This document shows, one piece after another, positions 37,818 to 51,879 of a DNA stretch of 62,569 bases. Numbering within the stretch: the first letter of the stretch is position 1; every line of letters starts with the position of its first letter. Origin of the DNA: Seison nebaliae (lineage: Eukaryota); NCBI GenBank assembly GCA_023231475.1, contig JALJEE010000946.1, positions 1-62,569 of the forward strand, written 5' to 3'. The notes beneath the pieces are model-generated. The model saw nothing but the letters and a program-made list of their open reading frames with translations, searched no databases and was not told the origin of the DNA. The translations under genes were made by a program, and so were the position numbers.

Positions 37818-39454
37818 AGAAAGAAGTTGGATCGCTTTGCAGAAAACTATTTTTTCCATTAGACAAATGAAAGAAAGTTTATCGTTCGTTACTTTACGAG
37901 AACAGACAGTTAATTATCGACGTCATCAGTGTAATCAAAATACATCAGTTTTCCGAAGGAATTTTAATTGATTCTTTAGAAGTGATAAACTATTGGAAAT
38001 TTTATTCTTTCACAAACTCTTTACATATAAGAACACTTGTTCTTAATGCTTCTTAATGGTAATGTAACATTTTTCCTATCTTCATGATTTTTTGCAGTCA
38101 AACTGAAGATGCGAATATGTGCCACCCCCTGGTAAGTTTTAAAATTATTTTACATTATCTGTCGATAATTTATCATCATTTATTGAATAACCAAAAATTT
38201 AGTGAGAACAATATAGTTATCAAACTTTATTCATAGAAAATTTTGCGCTTCAATTAATTTCTATGAGCAAGTTCCATCTGAAGACTAACATTTTTATATA
38301 TGTATATATTTAAAACATCTTTTCCCAATAAGAACAGGTTTGGTTATCCTTTGTTAACAAATTCTTGCTCACTCATGTGAAATAAGAACTGTCCTCCCAT
38401 ACATTTCATTCATCCATACTTCATCCATACAATTGCCATTTTAATAATAGTCTTTTATAGAGTTCTATTATAATAGTTATTTTAAATTCTTTGCACATTT
38501 ATGTTTTTTCTGTTTTTTATTTATTAATTATACGACAATATTCTCATAAACAATTAAGAAAAAAAATTCGAAATCAATCCGAACTGACTGACGATTCATG
38601 AAACTTAAAAAAAAAATTAGAGACAATCAGAAATTTCCACGTTTCACTTCCACTTTTGAGGAGTCTTATTATAATCTCCCTTCTTTTCTTTATTTACCTC
38701 GCTTAACTTATTCTACAGATAAGTAGATTAATTAGAACAGATTAATTCTTTAGAATGAAATTAAGGAAATTTTTTTTTGAATTTTTTATTTTTCAAATAT
38801 TGAATTTATATTTATTGAAATATTTACTGATGACGAAATATTAGAGTACTCTAATAATCACTGAATTTATTATGATCGAGCATATTTTTGGAATTGCAAT
38901 TGGAAAGATGGGGAAAGAGGTTTGATTGGTGAAAAATTGTAAATAAAATTCTTAATGTTCTTTAAGTCAGAAAAATGTTTGGTGAGGACCGCATACCATA
39001 ATAATCTCGAACATGGTCCAGAATCGATCTTTCAGATTCAAGCATTTATACGATTAACGAATCCATTCCTTGCAACGAGGGAAACTCCATATAAAATTCC
39101 TACGATTCTATTTGCAAATATGATCGGAAAAGGAACCAGATCCGTAAGAGAAAAGAGAAACGATCTATTAAAGCGACGACAGCAACCGAAGAGGCGACGA
39201 ACGGTCGTAGAAAAATATCTATCCATTGCTAGGAAAGAGTTCGATGGAGCGACAAAAACACAATTGTGTTCGAATAGTGGCTGCACTAACATGGTGAATA
39301 AATTGATTTTTGTTCGAGGAGGAAAGAATTTGACTCGATAAACGAACAAGAAATAAGTATGACAAAAAGAAGACCGAATATTATCGAGAGAAGGAGACAA
39401 TTTGGTTGAAAGATTAGAAATTTGACTACATATTGTAGAAAGTGTTATGTTCTT

Positions 39455-40200
39455 CTACTGATTCACCGATATACGTAAGTTACCCAATGTTTCATTGGTG
39501 AATAATAACACATCCAATAGAGTCTGATTAGAAGTGGAAAACAACAGTATATCGTCGGCGTCCGCATGTGAAGCGTTTTGACGTATAGTCTTTATTTGTA
39601 TATAAATGGTCCTATGAAAAGAGGTCAACATGATGAAAACGGGGTTGAACGCGTAATAGAATATATACGCAAGTAGCCAATTACGCGAACCAGAGAAAAA
39701 GTATACAAACACCGAATTGGAAGCGTTAGCAGTACTTTTCGCCACGGAGTAAAACACTATATAGTCTTTATTTATATAAATGGTGAAATAGGAAATAAAT
39801 ATGAGAGGAAACGACTGTTACTTCCTAAGAAGTATAGAAAAGAATCATAGGTATGACTGTGTCTTCTTGATCAACTGAGTGAGGATCTATAGTCTGGTGA
39901 CTGCTTTTATAGTCGCTCCCCGATCGAAGTATATATATATAGCGATCGAAGTACATCGATGGAGTCAAACGCTCTTGATATGTCGACAAATGAAATATTA
40001 AAGGGGACGGTTCGTTGTTCTATGATAATAGATCAGCAAGGATGTACTCCTCTGGTGTTTCTTTTGTAAGCACATTGAACTGTGGAGGAATAAATTTCAA
40101 ACTGAAATCTTCCTATAATTGCACGTTCAAAGTCCCGAAAGAAGAACGAATTAACACAGATGGGACGAAAGGAGCTAACCAGAGACGAATCCATTATTTG
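39455..40200 (-). mobile_element. Degenerate LINE reverse transcriptase, related to the element at 310-1714
   Basis: Minus strand reads SSFRPICVNSFFFRDFERA...SSTVQCAYKRNTRG...SFVDISRAFDSID (~40190-39955) and later HADADDILLFSTS (~39570-39530). Stops are present and the sequence is interrupted. Confidence 0.75.
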
Positions 40201-41639
40201 TTTCTTGAGGATTTGGATAATCCTAAACTGGAATAGATCATCCGGAAATTCATCATTCAGCAGACAATTGTTGGTGGAAGAAGAACTTACAATTTGTTAG
40301 CCATTGAGGAGGAGGATCAACGACGTCTCTTGACAAAGAATTACATCAAATTTGAGAAGTTTGGTCAACGAGGAGAGAAGATTCGAAGGACCATGACAAT
40401 TCGAAGAAATTATCGAAATACGAGCCCCAATTTTTGATTATATTTGGTCCCTGTGTCCAATGAACATCCTCATCTGAACATCCTCATCCCCCACAAAAAC
40501 CACCAAGGATTAATAACAATGTTATTAATGATGGTTTAATAACAATTTAGTTAATGTTATGACGTGACCACCATGTAGTCCACACTTAAATGTAATAAAA
40601 TAAGTCTGGGGTCGTCTTAATAATTTGGTGTTTGAAGAAAAAAAACAGTTCGATAACATTTCGGCCTTAAAAGCGGAAATTGTCCGGTCCTGGGAAAAAG
40701 TTTACCAGCATTTTATTAATAAACTGATTAAAACGTTTGAAAAAAGAATTTCTTACGTTTTAGAAAAGAAGGGAAATGCTTATGACCATTAATTTTAAAA
40801 AACTTATCTTTTTTTTTAAAGTTTTGAGAAAAATAAACCTGAATTTTCAATTGCCAATGCAAAATGATAGTATTTAAAGTTTTGAAGAAGAGTATGGTAG
40901 TATAAACAGAAGGAAATGAAATACAAGAGGAAGATGTCGGGATAATCAATTGACGAGTTATCTCCCATAGCGATTGTCTTCTTTCAGATGATGACGAACA
41001 ATCAAAGCCTTAGAATTGTGTCTTGACCTACAGCTCAATTTAGACCTGAAATGGTGTGGAAAAAAACACTGTGAACATGAAACAAAACATGAACCCAGCG
41101 GAATTGGAATTGAGGTAAACGAGAAATTTTAGACTTAGGAACACAATTTTACTGGTGTAAACCGAATGTAAAAATATTGTCGACAGGTCCGAAATGTATG
41201 ATCAATATGAAATAAAACATGAACTATTTAAACCTAATTGATGAATAATAGAATAAAAAAGTTTATTAATTTCAATTATTTCAGTTTATCACATTCACCG
41301 TTAAAAATTAGACTGGTGTGAGTTTTATGGTGATCAATATCTTTCCTCTACGAAATCTCAAAGTTATATTTTGATTAATTTGTCCACGTTTGAAATAATT
41401 TAAAGTTCTTCAAATTAGTGTAGACAATTTTATTTTTTTTCTTATTACATTAAAAATTAATTTCAGAAAAAAATGTTTAGGGGAATTATTAGGAAACTGA
41501 CTAGTTTTAAATGGAAATGTCAGGAAGTTGGAATGGAAACTAATATAATTTGAGAATAGTTTTAGGATACGAGAAGCAATTATACGTCAATCAGAGAGAA
41601 TTTAATTCGAAAATGATTAATGAATTTTATTGTAGGAAA

Positions 41640-41945
41640 ATTATGTTATGGAAGGAATGATTTGAGAGTCCATAATGTAGTAATCTGAATAATGTAAGAT
41701 TCCACCGATTTTGGTGAGAGGAAATGGGATAGAAGATGAGAATAATTTTCCATTTTTCCTTCCATTCTATAATATCGTGTTAGTAGCAGGTTGGTATGAT
41801 AATGATAATATCCATGAATTGGATGAATGAATCGTGAATTATTCTTGAATATCATATATCGGATCTGCTAAACGGAAAATTATGTTTTTCGTCCATGAAG
41901 GTCCATCAAATTTCCAACAAATTTCCATCAGCATATTTTAGGGGG
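41640..41945 (-). mobile_element. Penelope-like element RT/thumb remnant
   Basis: KYADG...FMDEKHNFPF...LTRYYRMEGKMENYSHLLSH resembles the PLE motif series RYVDD / F..E.E...PFLD / T.VYRKPT....YL...S.HP. Frameshifted. Confidence 0.45.
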
Positions 41946-43799
41946 GAACTGAAGCGAGAATTTTGGAGAGAAATAGTTGCCTGGTCTGAAGGCGATAGTG
42001 TCCAGGATTTGAATGCTTCTTCTTCAAACTAGTTAGCGAACAGGATCAAAGTTGACAATTAATAGGGAATATGTCAAATGAAAAGGAGAGTTTGCTTATA
42101 CACAATATTGACTTTCAATCATCTTAATTTGTTCGTTAATTGGAGAATATTAGATTCCTGAAGCGCATCATACTCTAAGCAATAATTTATCATGTAATAA
42201 ATTGATTCTACTTTCGTTCATTATTCAATCATGTTGAAAAAAATGTATTATTTCAAATAGTCATCATGAATTCTTCATCGTTTGCATTTTAGGCCAAAAA
42301 TACTCTCAACTCACCCGTAGTATATTTCGTATTCAAATTAGAGAAAATTCAATAAGAATTTCTCTCCATCCTTTTTCTCATAAAAATTATTTTTTTTCAC
42401 TTTCTATTATTTGTCTATCTAATTTATTATAAACTTCAACTCCACCGATATCAACCGTGGAATAGATCGAACTGAATCTTTCTCGAAAGTAGGATTCGAA
42501 AGCAAATTGTGTTGGAAAGACTTGAAATTTTGTTCTATTTATCCATCACATTCTATCATAATTTATCCATCAAAATTCAACTACAGATATGTCTTCTGAA
42601 ACAGACATCCTCTCCAATAATCATTCTTCGTTCTCGCTACAATAATTATGTATCATCATATCGATTTTCTCCTCCAGTTCCAACAATTCCAACTTAGTCT
42701 CTCTCATTTCATAGACTCGTTATAATAATCGTATTGCCTCAAAACTATTTTTTATAATTGAGATTATTTACATTTGTCTTCAAAACATATACTGTAATTA
42801 TTAGAGAATAGAGGAAGCAATGTTATCCGGAACGGAACGGAATACAAGCCAAAATAAATCAATCACCAGATAAACAATCTTATCCGAATTCGCCAATTAC
42901 TTTCTAGTAGAATATTCTTAAGATAAGTTTGAAATTTTCAAGAATATTCTTTTCGATTCCAATACTCCTCATTCTCCCCGAGATTATCATTATCACTGTC
43001 ATTGGCTTTCGCTGTAGTTTTACAAAACTACTGTCTCAAGTAGTTGTATCAAATCAACTCCCACCAATTGATTTGTCTCGATGAGTGTCATATGAATTTA
43101 GTTACATCCTATATTTGATGAGAATATTTTGATAAGTTTACTTCTTTTTAAGTAAATGTATTATGTAATCTTCACCAATTATCGGGGAGATATAAGAGTT
43201 AGAATGAAGGCTGAATCAAATGGAAATGAATAAGTGATGAAGATATCGAGGTATCATGCATTAGGTATTATAAATTGATGTGGAAGATGAAATAAATCGA
43301 GAACTGAGCACTTGAAATAAAAGAAAGTTGAAGGAGTTTTAATAGTAAATGAACAGCAACTAAATTTCTTCAAAGTAATCAATTTGTCGGTGTTTGAAAA
43401 CAATCTTTTTCTTTGAAGAATACTTTAAGCATTTCATATGGGCGAGAAGAAGAGCATGAAAGTCTGTTAAAAAATAAATTATTTCAAAATTTTTTCCTCC
43501 TGTTTTATTTCTTTAGATTTCCTCCGACTATATATATAATTCTTCTCGAAAACGCAATATGTTTCAATTCGCCTAACATTATTGAGATGGTCCATGTATA
43601 GTGGAATGATTGTCTATATTTATTTTGAGAAACAAGTCTTTGCCCGGTTACTTGAGAGGAATATAATGAAAAATTTCATTCACCACGCAACCATAAAAAT
43701 AAATAAAATCAAGTTCCACTATTCGTATCGTCGGCGACAAGTTCGTGTAATACGAAGAATGATTAAAAAATAATATTATTCTTACAAAAAAAAGAGAAC

Positions 43800-44800
43800 A
43801 TCATTTGTTTCCGATCAATGAAGGAGGTTGAAAAGTGTTTCTATGAAAAATTGGTTGACGGTTTTTTCTTCATCCTGCATAAATTTTTCCAAAAATGGCA
43901 ACAAAACCATGATTTCCTCCCCACTCAAACGGTGATTTCCTCGTCCACTTTTTTCATTATGGAATTTTCCTCATTGACTTTTTTCATTAATATCTGTCTC
44001 TATTTTTCTTTTTTCGTGAGGAAAAATTGCAAATCAGGACTTCCAGATAGCGGAAATATCATCGTGGAAGTTAAAGTTGTAGAATTTTCAGTAATATTCG
44101 ATATCGCAATTATGAGATAAAAACGAGAAAGGTTGAACTTCAACAGTTGAAGTTGAGATTAAACTGTGTTCTTCAAAATGACGAAAGAAGTTTGTGTATA
44201 TTTCAAAATGGTGGAAGGAAGTGAAATAGGTGAGAAGGTTAATGATAGACTGAACAAGGTGTAAATTAGTCTAATGTCGGAATAATTAAATTGTATTTTT
44301 GAGGAAAAAAAGTGATCGAGGAAAATTCGATTCAATAGGCTATTTTGTGAGGAACATTTAATAATGAAAAAAGTAGATGGGGAATCCGTAATGAAAGAAA
44401 TGAGTGAAGAAATCACCGTTTAACTCTGTTTAACTAAATTCTATATAGGGTGAGAAAATGTCCGTGATTCAAAAAATGTTCAAATCATCTAATAACAATC
44501 CTATATAATTGTATTTTCTTTTCAACAAAACTTTTCCCATAAATTTCTTTTGAAACTTTTACGAACAAACTAGTAATAAGAATAATGCACGAGATTTGAA
44601 AGAACAAGAAGGAATTAGCGAAAAGGAAAAAGAAGAAGAGATTAAGAAATGAATTCTCAAGAATCTTGGTTGTTGCTTTCGAATTTTTTATAATAACTCT
44701 AATGTTCATTATCGAAAGGTTTATAAAAGTAAAGTAATTGAAGTTATATGATAAGTCAATACTTTACAGATGAGTTAACTGATCAACGAGCAGTAGGAAG
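43800..44800 (-). mobile_element. Second highly decayed Penelope-like RT remnant
   Basis: NFHDDISAIW (~44070-44040) followed by LPFLE (~43900), echoing RYVDD.F.IW and LPFLD. Many stops. Confidence 0.3.
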
Positions 44801-47800
44801 AATAGAAAACAGTCATCAATGACTGATGTGAATTGATCATATCGTTCTTTCAAGTGAGTTGTAGGGTAACAGTGAGGGGAGAATTGGGAGTAAGAACAAT
44901 TGAAGGAAAAGGGAGAAGTTGTTTATCTCACAATATTCTACAAAACATACTTCTTTTCTTCATGAACAAGTGAGAGAACGTGTTTTATGGTATTCTTCCT
45001 TCTTAAAGATTCGAAGAGATTGGGTCAATTGATGAGGTTGAAATACGAACATGTTCTTGTGCACTTTCAGAAATGATGTTGTTAGGCGAACGTTGATGGA
45101 ACACCCACTCATTTATACTACGAATTATAATAAGATTATTACAAAGGAATTAGTTGAACAGTTGGATAATTTGTGTCAGTAGGTGAAATTGTTTCATTTA
45201 CTTTCATGCAGATAAAGGAAGAAAACCCGAAAATTTCTTAAATCTATCTTCACATCTTTCAAGGTAATTATTAGATGTAGGAGAAATGAGAAGGGTAATA
45301 TCTGATTGATACTATGAAGTGCAAGAAAAACAATATCATTTGGATGTAACTGGATATTTATGTATGTTTTTCCTCTTCCCTTGTTGGTTATTGCAGTGCT
45401 GTTCATAACCATTATCTGGCTGATTGCCATAACCCGAAAAAAATTAAGCTATTACATCCTCTAAATTGGACATGTTGGGTTTTCGAGTGGATAGTCAGTT
45501 CGAAGTGATGTTACGTCAAAAAGGAAATAATCTTTTTCAAAGATAAGGAAACATGGACGAACATCATCAACTTCGCCCCATTCACCAATATACAATCATT
45601 CTTCATGAAAATTCGACTCCTTCTTCCTTCATTGACATTTCGAGTGACCATTTCCAACCAGAAAACAATTGGATCCAATTAGAAGATTGAATTATTTCAC
45701 TTTTATTTTTCCCCGGCCCAAACTGACACCACGACTAATTTTTAGTAGCATCCGATTAAGTTTAACTGTAATAATGTATATTAATTATTCCTAACAAACA
45801 AATCTAATAAAATTTCCACAGTAATGGAGCAAAATTTAATAAAGAAAAGTATCCTGCAACCAAATAAGAACAAAAATAAGAAGTTTAGGACACCTCTCTT
45901 CTGGTTACGATTGATTGACGAAGGAATGTTGCAAGGAATGATGGCTGTTTCTTCCATTCCATGTTATTCCTCGAAATAGAATACTTCGACTTGTTAATCG
46001 ACCTTGATAATTATCTATCACGACCGATATGCTTTCCAACATTCATGTCTTCCATATAAACGAAATATGAATTGAAAAAGATTTCAATAGTATTTTACGT
46101 TATAATTTATTATCATACAATCTTTTTCCGTTTTATCGAATGGAAAAATTTTCTTGAAAATATACAAAGTTTTTGGAAGAAGTTTTGGAGTAATTGTAAT
46201 TTTATAAAACAAAAAATTATGAAAGAATATGATTTTAATTTATCTAAAAATATTTCTTATTTTATCAATGTCTAATTATGTAATTATTAATTAGGTTAGA
46301 ATGAAAAAAAAGTACAAAAATTGACAAATGGACATGGAATTAGTTGAGGGAGAGAAGAAGAAGTAATAATAATAATTTATTTTTCCCGTCACCAAAATTG
46401 TAATAAGTAGAGGCTAAATGGATAATTGGATGTCCTCCATTGTAAGTTATTTTCAAGAGAAGAAATATATTTATCACATTGATAGTTACATTCTCACATT
46501 CGCATATTAGTTAGGGTTAAACATTTACACATAAAACTCATTATCTTCGTCCGTCAATTAACCGAAGATTACTTACAAAGAAATTTTTATATTTACTTTC
46601 AAGTGATGTGTTTAACATAGTAGTTGTGGTGTGAAGGGATGATATTGGCACTGATTATTTTCATGTTTGAAAATGTAAAAAATATTCAAGTGCAGTTGGG
46701 TCAACCAACTTGGTTGATGAAATGCGCCTCTTTCGTCTTGGATAATTGAGAGAACATTGTAAAAACACCTCCATGCATAAATATCAATCTCAGTATTTTG
46801 TGCAGGAATAATGGAGATGTTCCATCATTCGATTAATGAAATTAGTACCAAAAACTTCACATTGATGAACATTCATCTTCTGTTTGTTTAAATTTTCTGA
46901 GAATAATTAGTTAAAAGGAAACTGAATTATTTGGTCAATGCTTCATCTCTTGGTGCTTGCGAATACAACTGATTTTGAGAAAGATCTAATTTTAATTATA
47001 ATAATTCACGCCTAAGACGGCCAACCTTAACAGGTCGCCCATATCCTCCCAACTGACAATTGGGAAAGAAGAATACATGTAACTACTTTCTTATTCATGA
47101 AAGACCTCTTTAACTTTCACCCAACACATATGTATATTCGAATGTTATTCACTCGATAGAGTTAAGTGGGTGAATGCTTCTGGGTAATATCTGTATCAAT
47201 ACCATATCATGAGTTAAGTATGAGTTAAAATACATTGTATAATTTCATAACTGCTTTCTTTCTATATACGAATAAATTTGTAGTTTTCTAATTTGCTTTG
47301 TTTATTTGATGCTTTTTTTATCTACTTTTAAAAGTCATTATAAAGTCATTAAAATGTTATGTACCTCAGACTATAAATATCCTGTCTGTTTTCCAAACTC
47401 AAAATTTATTGTTTCTTTTCTCTCTTAAATGTTCTATTCTTTAACGAAATTTCTTTTGTATCTAAATCTGATGAGTTCTTTACTTATTATGTGTACAATC
47501 GCAGATTATTAGTCTAATTTCAAAATAGACTGTTAATTAATGGAAGACATCAATAAGAGACATCTAAGGGACATTCGACTGAGACATCCAACATAGACTT
47601 TTTAAGGTAATTTCTGATAATATATTGTTGAAAGGAATAATGTTTCGATTAGTCTATAAACGATTCCTTATATGCACAATATAGATATTGAATGAAATGT
47701 TTCGTAACAATTGAAGGAGGAGATTTTGTAAAGAAATCTTGTATTAAATAGACAATGATTGAGGTGTTCGTTGGAGAAATGGGAAGAATTTTTCTTTCAA

Positions 47801-48284
47801 TTCCTTCTTTATATCCTCCTTTTTATTAATCTCATATTTAGTTAATTAAGATTAGGATGTTTAATTAAATTGGGAAACTATAATATAGCGATCTAGTGAC
47901 TGAATATAGTGACTAGGAGTTTAGTAATGAGGTATGCTGATCAAATAGGAAAATACGAAATTTTTAATCGGAATTTTTTTCCTTCAAAATTTCCATTAAA
48001 TTAATTGTCACTAATTCTCGGTATTTAGGAGGCGGAAGTGTTTTAGGAACGGTCCCAAAATGAGAGTTTCGTATGGAAATTGACATTCCCATTACAATAG
48101 TATTAAAATAGATGAATTGCGTTCTGTTTTGTCCCAAATGAATCTGAAAAAACCACATGGCCATGACGATGTGTGCTTATGTATTACGTATATAGAAATT
48201 GAAGGATTCATCATTTTAACTGATAGTCCAATATATCAACGATGTTTTGAAGGGTAATCTCGATTATAGTAACATCAGAATATT

Positions 48285-48360
48285 CTCGATCATTCCAATC
48301 TATAAAGGACACGGTAAAGATACCAAGGAGGTAAACTCTTATCGTCCTATTTGGGTCGCT
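48285..48360 (+). mobile_element. LINE RT N-terminal fragment
   Basis: IIPIYKGHGKDTKEVNSYRPIWV is the typical non-LTR P..K.......YRPI motif. A similar fragment (VPKTLPPPKYRELVTINL) lies on the minus strand at ~48000-48055. Confidence 0.65.
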
Positions 48361-48907
48361 AGTCAAATTTAATGGGTTATTGGTTTCTATCTCGAATACG
48401 AAGAAATCATTACGATGTCTTGATCGTGCATACAATAGAACAGTTCGGAGGATGCTCGGTTGTCACAAACCTTTCAATAGAGCATTTATGTTCAGAGAAT
48501 CTGCGAATTGACTACTTTGGCGCTACTCCTGGTGCAGAGGTTTCTGAAAGTAGTTGATTCTGGTGGCAGGTCGACACTTTCAGTTCCGAAATTTTCACAA
48601 CGTGAGAGCTTCTCGTCCCCTCTCAAATTTTTCTGTCGATATTATTAAATTACGTATCCGACTTCACTGGACGATGCGTTAGTGTTTCAACATTATTTCC
48701 TATGTGCCTGAGTGACTCAAGAACCATATTGCGACAGGCAAGAATCTTATTTTAAATAACTCCTTTAAGGAGTTATCTTTTTTTCTTTTCAATTTACCCC
48801 ATGGGGATTTGATATGAATAAAAAAAAATGAGAGAAGTCATTCTAATTGATCTATTCAATTTCTCAGCTTTATTTTTCCTTTAAATAATTGTTCTCTGTG
48901 GAGTGAG

Positions 48908-49456
48908 ATGGCTGGATCACCGAAAGACAATAAGATGCACCATCTGCAACAACCGCCCCAACCAATTCAATCATTCCCAGGAATGGTGCCATCACCCGGC
49001 ACTCAACATCATCATCAACAAATGATTCATCATTATCAGCATATGACACAACAGCCGCCGTCCTTACAATATCCACCTCAGTCATTGAATAATGATGGAG
49101 TGATACCGATCAAGAATCTTCAGATCGATATGAAGAATATCAGTGTTCGTGGAATTGTGATACATTGTGAGAGAATAAAATTGACGAAAGATCAGAATCA
49201 AGTTAGGACGGTGAAACTAGCGGATTATAGTGGTTCCATCAATTTGGCACTATGGAATGAATATGCTGTGTCGGTACAACCGGCCGACGTGTTATTATTA
49301 AGCGGAGGAAATGTGGCCGTATGGCAAGGGGAACTCGTCCTCAAATTAGGAAAAGGTCAATTGATTAAAGAAAAGGAATTCTTTCATCCTTTCTCATTGA
49401 AGGTCAACATGAGTGAGAACAAACGAGGCATGATTATACCGAATAAAACACACTGA
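48908..49456 (+). CDS. NABP2: SOSS complex subunit B (single-stranded DNA-binding OB-fold, NABP1/2 homolog)
   Basis: IKNL...MKNISV..IV......TKDQNQVRTVKLADYSGSINLALW.E....VQPADV...VWQGEL.L...GQL.K..EF...FS...NMSE matches SOSS-B. Q/H/P-rich N-terminal extension. Confidence 0.88.
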   Translation: MAGSPKDNKMHHLQQPPQPIQSFPGMVPSPGTQHHHQQMIHHYQHMTQQPPSLQYPPQSLNNDGVIPIKNLQIDMKNISVRGIVIHCERIKLTKDQNQVRTVKLADYSGSINLALWNEYAVSVQPADVLLLSGGNVAVWQGELVLKLGKGQLIKEKEFFHPFSLKVNMSENKRGMIIPNKTH

Positions 49457-50161
49457 ACATTTTCTTCACTTCGTAAATAATCATATATAAACAGGTAAAA
49501 TTAGTTCTGTTCTTTTTTGTGAAATGGATAAAGATTTCTCTTCTTCGTTGAGATTTGTGTATTGCGGGCAAGAATCTCTCAGATTTTTCACCTTGAACTC
49601 AAGTAGTTTGTTTGGATCTTTTATTATGTTTACTGTTTTCTTCTAAATATCGTTTGCTAATAAATAAAACTACTAAATTCGATGTCTAGCACATCTTTTT
49701 GACGCGTGGGAGAGACAGACGAATCAATATCACCTCCAACAATTCGGAGGGGGAGATGTGAGACAATTGTCAAGACAATTGAATAAGAGTAGAATGTCAT
49801 GGTGTTAAATAAAATAGTCAGATGAGAAGTCATCCGAACGACGTAGCTTGAACAGTTGGGAATTTTAGATAAAGTTTAAATCTGTTCTTCTTCATTTCCC
49901 TCTAATCTAGCCATTCACAGTAAGAATTGATAATTTTATCCTAATACAATTTCCTTCTGATTGATGTCTATTCAATATTTTCATTTATTCAATGTTTAAT
50001 TCAGTCGTCTCCTCTATCTTATTTATCGGCCTTGGGGTATGGGACTTCATTGTTCGATGTGCCTAGTTCCAATCCTTTTCTATTTATCTCACACTTAATC
50101 GACTCGAACAGTAATCTCTTTCTTCATTCATTCATTCATTCATTCTGCCTTCGATAGATTG

Positions 50162-51639
50162 ATGGATAATAATTATACAGTCAATCCCGAAATCAATTAC
50201 AATCCCCACCTCACCAAACAAAACTTTATTCAATCCATCATCTTATTCTGCATTTTCGCCGTATCATTCATCGCTAACTCGACAGTCGTCGTATTGATAT
50301 CGACGAAGAGTTGTCGAAAGAATTCCCATCAGATCTGTAAGAATAATGCCATACGAATTTTTGTTCGTCAATTAGCCATCTCCGATTTGGCCGTAACGAC
50401 ATTCGGCATTCTCGGAGAGGCCATATGGAAAGTTCCATTCTCTTCCTTCATCTTCACCTCATATTCTCTCTGACAGTTGACAGTCATGTTCTACGGTAGT
50501 AACTTCCTGTGCAAATGGTTGAAAACAATGCAGATCTTCGCATTCTATCTCTCCATTATTAGTACCATATTAATCAGTGCTGATCGGTATGTCGCCGTTC
50601 AACATCCTCTTTCTCTCCACAACTGGCACCAACATCTAACATCAGTCATATCATTCGGATGGTTCCTCTCCCTACTTCTCTCACTCCCACAAGTTACTCC
50701 TCCTTTCTACATTCTCCTCATTCACTTTCATTTTTCAGTGTTTCATTTTCAAATTAGCTACGCCATCAGTCTCCTCACACTTCTGGCAATGTGTCAGTTT
50801 CTTTTTCCTCGAACAATCGTTCCTAAACGGGGAAATATTAAAAAATAATTTGACGAACGTAGACGAAGCGATTAAAGAGAAACATTCAATTTTCATTCGA
50901 TTGAAAGATGTACAACTTCATGATTTCTGCTATCGAATTTACGCATTACTTTCCTTATTCATCATTCCTCTTCTAATCATCGCTTACTTCTATTGGCGTA
51001 TTTCCAAATGTCTATTCGATCGTCGACATCATTCCTACGTATCAAACTTCTCTCACAAACGACCCAAATCCTCGAACAAACACAGTGACAAGAATCAGCA
51101 TTCACAAATCTCAATTCAAAATAACGGTTCCGTTAGCAGTTTCTCCAGAGGCGTTCATCGCATCTCCACAACATCTTTCATCGATACACTCAAATACAAA
51201 AAAAGTCAATCGATAACAAGTTCATTTTTTTTTCTCCAAGCAATCATTCCATCTTTTATTAGCCGTCGATTCCCGTAATATTCCTGGTGACTTAATGGAA
51301 TTCGATTGTCCGTCAACTTCACGTTGGAAATATTCGACCAATTCCAGTCGTACTACAAGGAAATCAGATTTACGACGAAAATCTACAGGCAAATGTTATG
51401 GTAATCGAGGAACATCAAAAGCCTTAAAAAAGTCTCTGTTGTTAAGTATTTCCATTGTTCTATTATTCATTCTATTTCACGCTCCTTATTACATACGAAT
51501 GTTGATTCATATGACTTTCTCCAATCAGACAGAGTCGAAAACTCAAAAACTTTTTGCCGAATATATTTTCTTTTCAGTTCTCATCAACTCCGCTCTCAAT
51601 CCGGTTATTTATGGAGTTTTCTCATCTCGAATTTGTTAA
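50162..51639 (+). CDS. Rhodopsin-family peptide GPCR, GnRH/AKH/corazonin-receptor-like, 4 exons
   Basis: TM1 IANSTV, QLAISDLAVT, EAIWK/LTV.FYGSNFLCK, ISADRY.AV.HPL, W.LSLLLSLPQ, FWQCV, IPLLII..FY, NSALNPVIYG. Three short introns. Confidence 0.85.
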
Positions 51640-51798
51640 AAATATAAGAATTCTTTTTCCACATTCATATCTCAACATACAATGTATGATAAACACATTC
51701 TTTTACATTTATTTCTTTTTTCAGTCATATTTCGTGAGAAATCATTAAATGGAATTTTCCTTTTCTATCGACTTTTATTTAGGATTAGATATGGATAA

Positions 51799-51800
<2 letters not shown>

Positions 51801-51834
<34 letters not shown>
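51801..51834. repeat. (AT)n microsatellite
   Basis: Perfect AT run between convergent 3' ends. Confidence 0.95.
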
Positions 51835-51837
<3 letters not shown>

Positions 51838-51879
51838 ATGATATCATTTGTTTATCGTTAATTTACTCAATCGTTTCCA

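Noticed and set aside
38955..39400. Overlapping 128-aa and 120-aa ORFs as host genes
   Set aside because: No recognisable domain, and they lie directly downstream of a decayed LINE RT, so they are probably element debris.
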